Source of the DNA: an uncultured delta proteobacterium | GTDB taxonomy: Bacteria; Desulfobacterota; Binatia; HRBIN30; BPIQ01 | NCBI GenBank assembly: GCA_963761335.1 | Contig: CAVXGR010000011.1 | Coordinates: forward strand, 288,001-352,000 | DNA length: 64,000 bases | Direction: 5' to 3' | In this document: piece after piece, positions 1-9,074 of the stretch | Numbering within the stretch: position 1 is the first letter of the stretch | Layout: every line of letters starts with the position of its first letter | Notes under the pieces: model-generated | Told to the model about the DNA's origin: nothing | Database searches by the model: none | The model's input: the letters and a program-made list of their open reading frames with translations, nothing else | Position numbers and translations under genes: made by a program

Positions 1-832
1 CGGCCTGAAGCCGACCTACGGGAGAGTGAGCCGCCGCGGGGTATTCCCTCTCGCCACGACACTCGATCACGTCGGACCGATGACGCGAAGTGTCGCCGAC
101 GCCGCCGCGGTGCTGGAAGTGATCGCCGGGGAAGACGACTGCGACCCCACATCGCTCGAGGCTCCGGTCCCGGAGTGCACGGCGGCCCTCGGCCGCGGCG
201 TAGAGGGAGTGCGCATCGGTGTCGACGAGAATTACATGGGCGAGTCCTCGCATCCCACCGTGGTCGCGGCGCTGCGCCAGGCACTCGAGGTCCTGCAGCG
301 ACAGGGGGCGCGCTTGGTGCCGGTGTCGGTCCCTCCCGTCAAGGAGGTGCTCGAGGTGTGGTCGGTGATCTGCGCTGCCGAGGCGGTGGCGGCGCACGAG
401 CACACCTATCCGGCACGCGCCGCCGAGTACGGCCCCAGCTTCCGCTCGTTTCTGGAGTTCGGATCGTCGATCAGCGGCGCGCAGTACGCCAAGGCGCACC
501 TGCTGCCATTGGAGTTCTCGCGCCGCCTACAGCGCGTCTTCACGCAGGCGGACGTGCTCGCCTGTCCCGGCAGCTTCATGCTGCCGCCGCCGGCCGATGC
601 CCTCGACTTCTACGGCCCCTTTTCGACGGAGATCGCGCCGTTCCTGCGCTTCAGCGCTCCGTTCAACTTCAGCGGCAATCCGACGCTCTCCGTGCCCGCC
701 GGATTCAGCCCCGGCGGTCTGCCCCACAGCATGCAGCTCATCGGCCCGCTCCTCGGCGAGCCGATCCTCTGCCAGGTCGGCCACGCTTACGAGCAGGCGA
801 CGCCTTGGCACCAGCAGCATCCGCCGATGTAG
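1..832 (+). CDS. Amidase signature family protein (5' part outside window)
   Basis: Frame is open from the window edge: GLKPTYGRVSRRGVFPL...LDHVGPMTRSVADAA and FNFSGNPTLSVPAGF...MQLIG, typical amidase-signature C-terminal motifs. Confidence 0.9.
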   Translation, partial: GLKPTYGRVSRRGVFPLATTLDHVGPMTRSVADAAAVLEVIAGEDDCDPTSLEAPVPECTAALGRGVEGVRIGVDENYMGESSHPTVVAALRQALEVLQRQGARLVPVSVPPVKEVLEVWSVICAAEAVAAHEHTYPARAAEYGPSFRSFLEFGSSISGAQYAKAHLLPLEFSRRLQRVFTQADVLACPGSFMLPPPADALDFYGPFSTEIAPFLRFSAPFNFSGNPTLSVPAGFSPGGLPHSMQLIGPLLGEPILCQVGHAYEQATPWHQQHPPM

Positions 833-854
833 GCCGGTCTCGCCGGGAGACCGC

Positions 855-1877
855 TCACAGCTGGTCCGCGAGGTAGCGCTCGGCGAGGTCGGTGACCAGG
901 AAGGCGAGCAGGGGCGCGAGGTCGCGTCCCGACTGCATCTCGCTCCTTCCCACCGGCCAGCCGAGATAGCTCAGGCCGCGGGCCATGAGGAAGCTCGGCA
1001 TCAGCGCCAGGTGCTCGTCGGGAAGCTCGCCGACCGAGCGATAGCCCTCCACGTACCCCTCGCGGGCAGGCTCGAACCCGGGGCTGCCGAGCAGTGTGAA
1101 GATCGAGGTCGCCATATCGAAGGCGTACCAGCTGTCGCCGCAGTCATCGAAGTCCACCACGCGAACTCCGCCGGCACCGACGAGAATGTTGTCGGGAACC
1201 AGGTCGCCGTGGGTGAGGCCGTAGCAATCGCTTCCCCGGCCGAAGCCCTCCAGCCGCTCGCGGGCACGGTCGCGGGCGCGAAAGAGGGTGTGGCGCTGCT
1301 CCTCGGTGAGCAGCCCGAGCTCCCAGAATCGGCCGAAGGTCGGGTTGTCGCCGACGAGGGCCTCGACGTCCCAGGCCGGACGCACGAAGCCATCGGGGCT
1401 CTGCCACCGCCGCCCCTGCGCGTGAATGCGGCCGGCGATCTCGCCGACGGTGCGATAGCTCCGCCGCAAGGTCGTCTCGTCCAGGTCGACGCCGCCCTCC
1501 ATCGATCCCAGCGGTTGGCCCTCCACCCAGGAGAGCAGATCGCACTGGCGCGGCTCGGGAATGCCGTCGCTCTCGACGACGGCGAGGACGTCACCGGCCG
1601 CCGTCTCGATCGCCGCCGGCGTCTCGATTCCGTCTTCCGAAAGCGCCCTCATCCAGGCGAGCTCGGAGCGGATTTGCTCGTCGGTGCGGTAGCGGGGCCG
1701 GTGGATGCGCAGCACGGCGCGGGTGCCATCGGCGCCGGTGACCCCGAAGACGGAGTTCTCGCGATATTTGATCAGAGCAATGTCGGGGCCGGCGATCTTC
1801 CAGTGGGGGAGCGCTTTCCTCGCCAGGCGCTCCAGTCGCTCGATCTGTTGCTCGTTGGAGAGCTCCGCAAATTCCAT
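855..1877 (-). CDS. APH/homoserine kinase type II-like phosphotransferase
   Basis: VLRIHRP, Brenner motif HGDLVPDNIL and VVDFDDCG; start taken at MEFAEL. Confidence 0.85.
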   Translation of the reverse strand: MEFAELSNEQQIERLERLARKALPHWKIAGPDIALIKYRENSVFGVTGADGTRAVLRIHRPRYRTDEQIRSELAWMRALSEDGIETPAAIETAAGDVLAVVESDGIPEPRQCDLLSWVEGQPLGSMEGGVDLDETTLRRSYRTVGEIAGRIHAQGRRWQSPDGFVRPAWDVEALVGDNPTFGRFWELGLLTEEQRHTLFRARDRARERLEGFGRGSDCYGLTHGDLVPDNILVGAGGVRVVDFDDCGDSWYAFDMATSIFTLLGSPGFEPAREGYVEGYRSVGELPDEHLALMPSFLMARGLSYLGWPVGRSEMQSGRDLAPLLAFLVTDLAERYLADQL

Positions 1878-1899
1878 CTGCACTCCGCTACCCAGCTTC

Positions 1900-3168
1900 T
1901 CAGGCGGCGCGCCGCTCGAGCTCCGCCAGGGCCGCATCGAGCCTGCTCAGGAGAAGGTCGCAATAGGGCTCGTCGACCAGCAGCCCGGGCTTGAACTGCA
2001 GCACCGAGAAATCGAAGCCCGCGAAGATCGCCCAGACGCCATGCCGATAGAGCGTCGGACAGAGATCCAAGGCTCCGGTCGGCGACGCCAGCTCGAGACC
2101 CATGACCAGGCCTTTCTGGCGCACACCCGTCAGAAAAGCATGCCGTGAGCGCAGCTTCTTCAGACCCTCGGCAAGATAGGCGGCGATGTGGCGCGCATTG
2201 GCCAGAGACTCCGGCCGACGGCAGATGTCGAGCACCCGGGAAGCGACGTGGCAACCGATCTCGGCACCGCCGAAGGTCGAGGCATACGCCCAGCCCTGCT
2301 CCTTCAGCCAGGCGCCGACCTCTCTGCTCATCACCACGGCGGCGATCGGGTAGATCCCGCCGGAAAGGCCCTTGCCGATCACCATCATGTCGGGCTCGAC
2401 GCCCCACGCCTCGACGCCCCACAGGTACCCGGTGCGGCCGAGGCCGGTCTGCACCTCGTCGGCGACGAACAGTGTCCCGTACTTCTCGCACAGCCCCTTG
2501 ACGCCGGGGAGATAGCCGTCGGAGGGTACCGGGAATCCGTAGGTTGCGGGAATCGTCTCCATCAGCACCACGGCGACATCGCGACCCGAGAGGGCTGTCT
2601 CCATCGCCTCGAGATCGTCGAACGGCACCTTGACGAACTCGGCGGGGTAGTCGCTGTGAAAGAACTGCGCGGTGCCGTCCTTGCCCGCGGCGCTCGAGAG
2701 CGCCGTGCAGCCGTGGTAGGCGGCGTCGAGGGCAAGGACCTTGCGCCGGCCGGTGGCGTGCCGCGCCGCGCGGATCGCCAGATCGTTCGCCTCGCTGCCG
2801 GAGGGCACGAAGACGGAGTAGTGGAGATCCCCGGGGGTCACCGCCGCGAGCTTCTCGGCGAGCGTGGCGCGCGCCTCGGAGGGGAAGTGATGATTGCCGA
2901 CGTCCAGCGAGCCGAGCGCTTCCTGCAGCGCTTCCAGGACCTCCGGGTGGCGATGGCCGAGGTTGTAGGTGCCCCCGTTGAGATGGAGATCGAGGAGCTC
3001 GTGACCATCGACGTCCCAGAACCGGTACCCTTCCCGGCGGCCGATCACCAGTGGTACGCCGAGCTGCATCCAGGTCTCGACGCGATTCGGCATCAGGTAC
3101 TCATGGGTGCGCTCGAGGATCTGCCTCTTGCGCTCGGACATGCCGCGAAGCTGCTCGTCGAAGTTCAT
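1900..3168 (-). CDS. Class III PLP-dependent aminotransferase-family protein
   Basis: SGSEAND, YHG, LFVADEVQTGLGRTG, PDMMVIGKGLSGG (PLP Lys), STFGG; start at MNFDEQL. Confidence 0.92.
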   Translation of the reverse strand: MNFDEQLRGMSERKRQILERTHEYLMPNRVETWMQLGVPLVIGRREGYRFWDVDGHELLDLHLNGGTYNLGHRHPEVLEALQEALGSLDVGNHHFPSEARATLAEKLAAVTPGDLHYSVFVPSGSEANDLAIRAARHATGRRKVLALDAAYHGCTALSSAAGKDGTAQFFHSDYPAEFVKVPFDDLEAMETALSGRDVAVVLMETIPATYGFPVPSDGYLPGVKGLCEKYGTLFVADEVQTGLGRTGYLWGVEAWGVEPDMMVIGKGLSGGIYPIAAVVMSREVGAWLKEQGWAYASTFGGAEIGCHVASRVLDICRRPESLANARHIAAYLAEGLKKLRSRHAFLTGVRQKGLVMGLELASPTGALDLCPTLYRHGVWAIFAGFDFSVLQFKPGLLVDEPYCDLLLSRLDAALAELERRAA

Positions 3169-3253
3169 TGCGCTCTGCCTCCGCCCGCAAGCCTGGCGCG
3201 CCGGGCACATCCAAGTCAACGGCAGCATCGCGATACCGCCGGCCCCGCGGGTC

Positions 3254-3307
3254 AAGTAGAAGCGGCGTCTCGCCGCTTCGGGAAGCGCCGGGACGGCGCT
3301 TCTACTT
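3254..3307. repeat. GTAG-type REP-like inverted doublet
   Basis: 26-bp arms at 3254-3279 and 3282-3307 are inverted copies with 3 mismatches; each is GTAG followed by a hairpin. Confidence 0.7.
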
Positions 3308-3384
3308 CGGTTTCGGCGGTCGAGCGGCCTGCTGGTATCGGCGCCGCAACGGTGCGATAGGTATGGCTCGACAGGAGGTGCGCC

Positions 3385-4419
3385 ATGAGCACGCCAGCAG
3401 CCGGTTTCCGCGTCGTCCTCGCGCCCGAGGACGAGTACTGCCATCCGCCCGATGCGGCCAGCAACTACAATGAGAGCATGTACTTCAACGTCTTCGATCC
3501 GGCGAAGAAGATCGGCGGCTGGTTTCGCCTCGGCAACCGCGTCAACGAGGGGTACGCGGAGATGTCGGCGTGCCTCTATCTGCCCGACGGCCGCGTCGGC
3601 TTCATGTTCAACCGCCCCAAGATCGACAGCAACGAGAGCCTCGATGCCGGCGGCATGCGCTTCGAGGTGATCGAGCCTTTCAAGCGACTGCGCGTCACCT
3701 ACGACGGCAAGATGCTGCTGCTCGCCGATCCGCTGGAGATGGCGCACCCGTCGCGCGCCTTCAAGAACAACCCGCTGGTCGACTGCGCCGTCGCCCTCGA
3801 CTATCGCGGCATCGCCCCGATGTACGGCGGCCGGCCGGTCCTCGAGGACGGCTCCGACATCCCGATCGATCCGGAAAAGTCCTTCGCCAAGGCACACTAT
3901 GAGCAGCACGTCGCCGCCACCGGGAGCTTTCGGGTCGGCGACCAGCAGTGGCAGGTCGACGGCTTCGGCCTACGCGACAAGTCGTGGGGACCGCGCTACT
4001 GGCAGAGCGTCTCCTGGTATCGCTGGCTGCCGATCAGCTTCGGCCCCGATTTCGGCATGATGATCTCCATCATCGGCAGCGATGACGGCGCCGTGCGCCG
4101 CAGCGGCATGGTGCTGCGCCGCGGCGAGTACGTCGCCATCCGCGAGGCGCGCATCGAGAGCGACTGGGACGAGAACTGGTACCAGACGAGGCTGCGCGCC
4201 TGGGCCAGGACCGACGAGCGCGACTACCAGGTGGAGGGCGAGGTCATCTCCATGATCCCGCTGCGCAACCGCCGCACGGCCGACGACGGCACGAGCCTGG
4301 TCACCCGCATCACCGAGGGGATGACCGAGTACCGCTGTGACGGCAGGACCGGCTACGGCCTCTCCGAGTACCTCGACCAGATCGCCGACGGCCGGCCGGT
4401 CGGCGCCGACGTGAAATAG
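3385..4419 (+). CDS. Conserved hypothetical protein, probable lipocalin/AttH-CrtC-like double beta-barrel
   Basis: GGAGG RBS and clean codon bias; YNESMYFN, HYEQ and GFGLRDKSWGPRYW motifs. Confidence 0.7.
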   Translation: MSTPAAGFRVVLAPEDEYCHPPDAASNYNESMYFNVFDPAKKIGGWFRLGNRVNEGYAEMSACLYLPDGRVGFMFNRPKIDSNESLDAGGMRFEVIEPFKRLRVTYDGKMLLLADPLEMAHPSRAFKNNPLVDCAVALDYRGIAPMYGGRPVLEDGSDIPIDPEKSFAKAHYEQHVAATGSFRVGDQQWQVDGFGLRDKSWGPRYWQSVSWYRWLPISFGPDFGMMISIIGSDDGAVRRSGMVLRRGEYVAIREARIESDWDENWYQTRLRAWARTDERDYQVEGEVISMIPLRNRRTADDGTSLVTRITEGMTEYRCDGRTGYGLSEYLDQIADGRPVGADVK

Positions 4420-4562
4420 CGCCGCAGAGGGGACAGGCACCTTTTCGGGCAGCGAACGCCACATCCACCAGCAGACCACAGTTCCGCCGAAAAGTAGCCT
4501 GCTTCGAAAATCTGTTGGGTGAAGGTCTGGCGGAGCGCACCGGCGCTTGGCGTGGAGGCTTA

Positions 4563-4830
4563 TCGCCCCGGAGGGGCGCAGGCATGTAGCCCCGGGTGTT
4601 AACCCGGGGACCGCGTTCCGATTGGCCCAGATCAGCGCCCCGCAGGGGCGCAGGCGTAGAGGCCGCGTGAATCACCTCGATGAGCTTCCCACGCACCCAG
4701 CGGTGAGCATCGGCGTACAGGCGTGACATCGACGAAAACTTGCCCGCGCCCCTGGCGGGGCGCGCCTGACGGAGCGCGCATTCTTCCCGGGTTTCACCCG
4801 GGGCTACACGCCACCGCCCCTCCGGGGCGA
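4563..4830. repeat. Nested inverted-repeat (REPIN/BIME-like) element
   Basis: Outer arms 4563-4610 and about 4785-4830 are near-perfect reverse complements containing GTAG-CCCCGGGT..ACCCGGG; inner arms about 4635-4656 and 4741-4764. Lies between convergent genes. Confidence 0.75.
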
Positions 4831-4934
4831 ACTTCAGCCGGGCGAGGACCTCCAAGTCTCTTGCCGGCGCAGATCCCCAGCCTCATTTTCATCGTCTATT
4901 GGTGAGCCGCAAGGCTCATGACGCACTGTCCCCC

Positions 4935-6638
4935 TCAGGGTGCGACGTGCACCGCCTTGAACAGGCTGCCGTCGTTCTTCTTCTCGTCTGCCGCAGAGAA
5001 CTGCTGCTCCCAGCAGCCGGCGTCGCTGGTGAGAACCTGCGCCGTCACCGGATAGGTGATGCCGGCGATGCCGATTGTCGGGATGTTCGCTCCCAGCCCC
5101 TTGAAGAGCAGCTTGGCCTTGCCTGACGAGCTCGCCTTCCCCTTCACGCCCTTCACCCCGTCGTTGCCCTTGGCGGGGTCGTTGTACTTCACCCCGTTGG
5201 GGCTGCCGCTCGGTCCGGTGAAGCTCCAGCAGGGCTTGGAGCCGCAGGTCGATGCGGCCGGGGCGGTGGCGCTCACCAGCACCTTGTTGGCGTCCGAGAC
5301 GCACAGAGTGTAGTCCGTGGACGCCGTCGGATCACCGAAGTCGCCGATGTCGATGTCGCCCTTGAGCCACTTGAAGAGGACCTGGTCCTTGGCATCCGTC
5401 GGATTGTCCTTGATCAGCAGGATGCTCTTGCCGTTGGTGGCGTTGCAGCCGCTGGCGACCGCCGGCGTGTGGACACAGCCGAGCGGGGACTGACAGGCGT
5501 CCGCGGTGCAGACGTTGCCGTCGTCGCAATCGAGGGTGCCGCCGCCGACGCACTGCAGGCTGGCGTTGCAGACATCGTTGATCGTACAGCCGTCGCCGTC
5601 GTCGCAGGGATCGTTCTCCGCAGCACAGGTGGCATTGGTGCGCACCGCGACGACGAACGGCGAGAGGCTGTCGACCTGAGCACAGATGATGTTGTTCACC
5701 GTATCGCGCATCGAGGTACGGTCGACAAAGACTTTCGGGTCTCCCTCTCCATGCATGAAGCTCAGTGCCGTCTCGGGAATCGGCGGCGACGTTCCGCCGA
5801 GATAGCCAGCATTGTTCGGATCGCTGTACGTCGAGCAGATCGTGATCGGAGGAACGACCGTGGCGGTCGTGCTGACCTCGAGAAAGACGGCGTTGTAGCC
5901 GTAGACGGAGCCCGCGAAGTTGGCCGGGATCTCCGCGGAGGAGTTGGACGAGGCGAGCACCGTGGTGGTCCCCCCACCGGTCACCTGCGAGAAGTTGACG
6001 CCGACGTCGATCGGCACCTGCTGGCCCGAGACCGGATCGAAGAAGACCGTGTCCGGGAAGCTCACCGTCTGATCGCTGCCCGTCGAGGTCGTCTGCGCGC
6101 GAAAGGCGTTGATGCCGGCCGTGCCGGTGAACACGCCATTCGGAGTGGTGAACGGGCAACCGGCGATGGGCGGCGGCGTCCCTCCGATGTTGATCTGACC
6201 GTCTATCGTGTAGGTCACGCCGGAGCCGATCGCGGCCGGCAGAGTCCCGGCGACGTTTTCCACGCTCTCGGTGATGAAGTTGTACCCCGTGCACAACGGT
6301 TGGTCGATGCAGACAGTCTTCACCGAGAGATCGAGGGAAAAGATCGAGCTGTCGGGATACGACTCGCAGTGCGCCAGCTGCGGGACACCGCCGCTGGTTC
6401 CGCCGAAGCACACCATCTGCCCGACATCGGTGTTCAGGTTCACATTGGTTCCGAAGACGTCGTAGGTCTGGTCCACATAGCCCGTGCTGGTGGTACAGAT
6501 CGTGTTGTCGTCGGGCGTTTCAACCTCGACCTCGACGACGATGCCCCCTGTACCGACGGGCACCGCCCCGGCGTTCCCGGCCAGACAGATCATTGCGATC
6601 ATTGTCATGATAGTAGCGCTACAGCGGAACGACAGCAT
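4935..6638 (-). CDS. Secreted modular protein with Cys-rich CDDGNxCT repeats and an uncharacterised C-terminal domain
   Basis: GAGGAG RBS, signal peptide (MLSFRCSATIMTMIAMICLAGNAGA), repeats CDDGDGCTINDVC and CDDGNVCTADAC. Confidence 0.8.
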   Translation of the reverse strand: MLSFRCSATIMTMIAMICLAGNAGAVPVGTGGIVVEVEVETPDDNTICTTSTGYVDQTYDVFGTNVNLNTDVGQMVCFGGTSGGVPQLAHCESYPDSSIFSLDLSVKTVCIDQPLCTGYNFITESVENVAGTLPAAIGSGVTYTIDGQINIGGTPPPIAGCPFTTPNGVFTGTAGINAFRAQTTSTGSDQTVSFPDTVFFDPVSGQQVPIDVGVNFSQVTGGGTTTVLASSNSSAEIPANFAGSVYGYNAVFLEVSTTATVVPPITICSTYSDPNNAGYLGGTSPPIPETALSFMHGEGDPKVFVDRTSMRDTVNNIICAQVDSLSPFVVAVRTNATCAAENDPCDDGDGCTINDVCNASLQCVGGGTLDCDDGNVCTADACQSPLGCVHTPAVASGCNATNGKSILLIKDNPTDAKDQVLFKWLKGDIDIGDFGDPTASTDYTLCVSDANKVLVSATAPAASTCGSKPCWSFTGPSGSPNGVKYNDPAKGNDGVKGVKGKASSSGKAKLLFKGLGANIPTIGIAGITYPVTAQVLTSDAGCWEQQFSAADEKKNDGSLFKAVHVAP

Positions 6639-6726
6639 CGGGATCTCCTCTTTCCTTTTCTGCACCGGATTACTCGAGAACTTGGTTGCTCTTTATCTTC
6701 TCGATACAAACCAGCGTCATCGCCGC

Positions 6727-6790
6727 ATTTAGATCGCCGTCGCTGTCACTGTCAATTAGGGTTTTCCCTAGCCTAGGGTTTTCCCTAGCC
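6727..6790 (-). promoter_or_regulatory. Sigma-70-like promoter with tandem palindromic operator
   Basis: Minus-strand TTGACA (6755-6750) with a weak -10 (TCTAAA/CTAAAT); TAGGGTTTTCCCTAGCC repeated twice at 6757-6790. Confidence 0.6.
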
Positions 6791-6836
6791 CTCGCCGCCG
6801 GACGCAACGGGCGCCGACACCGCAACCCCGATCCGC

Positions 6837-7718
6837 TCAGCTTCGGCGACCGGTGATGGCCTGCAAGAGGATGGAGAGAACGCCGCGATTCGCCAGATAG
6901 CCCGGGTGCCGCGCCACGGCGCGCAGCGCCCTACGCATCGTTTCGGCGCGCTCACCGCGCCGATGCAGCTCGAAGGCCTCAGCGATATCGATCGCAGCGA
7001 GGGCGCGCCGGTGCTCCGCCTGCGTCGTCCAGCCGTGCCGGCGCTTGGCACACTCGGCGACGCGAGCAGCAGCGAGCCGGTGCCGGCCGGTGAGCGAATC
7101 CGCGTGCTCGCGCCGGTAGTAGAGTGTCTTGCGAAGCGCCGCCAGGCGGAATCGGCGCGCCGCGCGCAGCCAGTAGTCGTAATCCTCTGCCAGGACGGCC
7201 CCGGGATCGTATTCGCCGATGGCTTCGTACACATCGCGGCGGTGCAGCCGGCAGTAACCGACACAGTTGCCCTGCGCCAAGGCGGATGGCGGCTCGACGT
7301 GGACCTCGTCGAGGACGGTCCCGGCCGCGTCGATCACCCAGTAGTCGGCGTACACGAAGGCCACCTGCGGATGCGACTCGAGGAACGCCAGCATCTCTTC
7401 GATCGCGTCCGGGGCAAAGCGGTCGTCGTCTCCAGTCCACGTCAAGTACGCGCCATGCGCTTGCCGGAAGCCGGTGTTGAGGGCTTCCGGCAAGCCGCGG
7501 TTGCGCTCGTGCCGCAGCACCGTCAGACGCGGATCATCGAAGCCGCGCGACACCTCCGCGGTGGCGTCGGTGCTGCCATCGTCCACGACGATCAGCTCGA
7601 GGTCTCGGTGCGTCTGCGCGAGACAGTCCTCGATCGCTCCCCGCAGAAAGGCAGCGCGGTTGAACGTCGGCACCACGATGCTGACCTGGCGATCGCCGGG
7701 GATGGAGGCGACATCCAG
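6837..7718 (-). CDS. Glycosyltransferase family 2 (start uncertain)
   Basis: VSIVVPTFNR, LIVVDDGSTD, NRGLPEALNTG, TGDDD, AEDYDYWLR. No ATG/GTG upstream of the first beta-strand, so a CTG start or a 5' frameshift is implied. Confidence 0.85.
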   Translation of the reverse strand: MDVASIPGDRQVSIVVPTFNRAAFLRGAIEDCLAQTHRDLELIVVDDGSTDATAEVSRGFDDPRLTVLRHERNRGLPEALNTGFRQAHGAYLTWTGDDDRFAPDAIEEMLAFLESHPQVAFVYADYWVIDAAGTVLDEVHVEPPSALAQGNCVGYCRLHRRDVYEAIGEYDPGAVLAEDYDYWLRAARRFRLAALRKTLYYRREHADSLTGRHRLAAARVAECAKRRHGWTTQAEHRRALAAIDIAEAFELHRRGERAETMRRALRAVARHPGYLANRGVLSILLQAITGRRS

Positions 7719-7768
7719 GCCTCACAGCCGCGGCCATCAATAGACCGTGAGATCATAGGGGGAGCCTG

Positions 7769-9070
7769 TTACTCCAGGGCGTAGCGCTTGAGCTTGTCGT
7801 AGAGAGTGCGCAGGCCGATGCCGAGCTGCTCGGCAGCCAGCCGGCGGTTGCCGTTGCTGCGGGCGAGAGCCTGGCGGATCGCCTCGCGCTCCAGGGCGTC
7901 GAGGGGAACGATCTCCCCACCGCGCCGCCCCGGCGGCGCGGTCACACCGAGATCCTGCGCCTCGACGGTCCCGCCTCGGTGAGAATGACGGCGCGCTCCA
8001 GGGCGTTGGCCAGCTCGCGCACGTTGCCCGTCCACTCGGCTTCGGCGATGGTCTTCTTGGCGCTCTCGCCGAGACACGCCCCGCCGCAGCCGATCTCGCG
8101 GGCGATGCGCTCGAGGAGAACCTCGGCGAGGGGCAGGATATCGGCGCGGCGCTCGCGCAGGGGCGGCAAGTGAACCGGAAAGACGGCGAGGCGATGGTAG
8201 AGGTCCTCACGGAACCTCTCCGCCCGCATGAGTGCCTGCAGGTCCTTGTTGGTGGCAGCGATCCAGCGGACATCGGCTTCGATCGTCTGTGACCGCCGAC
8301 GCGCTCGAGCGGCGGTCCCGGAGGACCCGCAGGAGCTTCGTCTGGAGCTCCGAGCTTGAGCTCCGCGACCGGTCGAGAACAAGGTGCCGCCGTCGGCGAG
8401 GTCGAGCGCTCGCGGTGCCTGGCGGTGGGACCGGTGAAAGAGCCTCTCGGGGCCGAACAGCTCGCTATCGAGCAGGCTCTCGGCAAGGGCGGCGCAGTTG
8501 ACGGCGACGAACGGTCCGGCGGAGCGCTCACTCCAGGCGTGGATGGCGCGCGCCGCGACCTCCTTGCCCGTGCCGCTCTCGCCGAGAAGAAGCACCGTCG
8601 AAGAGGTTCGCGCGACCTTGCGGATGGCGTCGACCACCGGTGCAATAGCCGCCTCGCCGTAGGTGAGCGACGGTACTCGGCCTTGTCGCGGGGGGAGCGG
8701 TCGCGGGTCGCGACGAGCGACTGCCTCTCGAACGCCCGCGCCACCAGAAGGCGAAGCTCGGCGGGTCCGCTGATCGGCATGCGAGATAGTAGCGGCGCCG
8801 CTCCATGCTCGAGGCGGTTCGAGGCGGCGCGGTCGGCGCCATCCTCCCCGGCCTCCCAGGCGCGCCCCGGCGCAGCAATGCCATACCGTCGAGGCGCGGC
8901 ATGCGCAGGTCGGTGATCATCAGATGGAAGGTGTGCGCCGCGAGCAGGCGCAGCGCCTCCTGGCCGTCTCCCGCTTCGGTGACCGCGTGGCCCTCCGAGG
9001 TCAGGGCCTCGCTGATGAAAGCGATGATGTCCTCCTCGTTCTTCACGACACAAATGGCGTAGAGCCTCAT
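7769..9070 (-). pseudogene. Frameshifted NtrC-family sigma-54 response regulator
   Basis: Receiver ([14 protein letters not shown]), AAA+ ([33 protein letters not shown]) and Fis HTH (LGIGLRTLYDKL) lie in different frames; the GAFTGA region is disrupted. Confidence 0.8.
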
Positions 9071-9074
9071 CGGG

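Noticed and set aside
3332..3348. Sigma-54 site upstream of the 3385 gene
   Set aside because: GG-N10-GC spacing is present but the -12 box is CCGC, too weak to call in GC-rich DNA.
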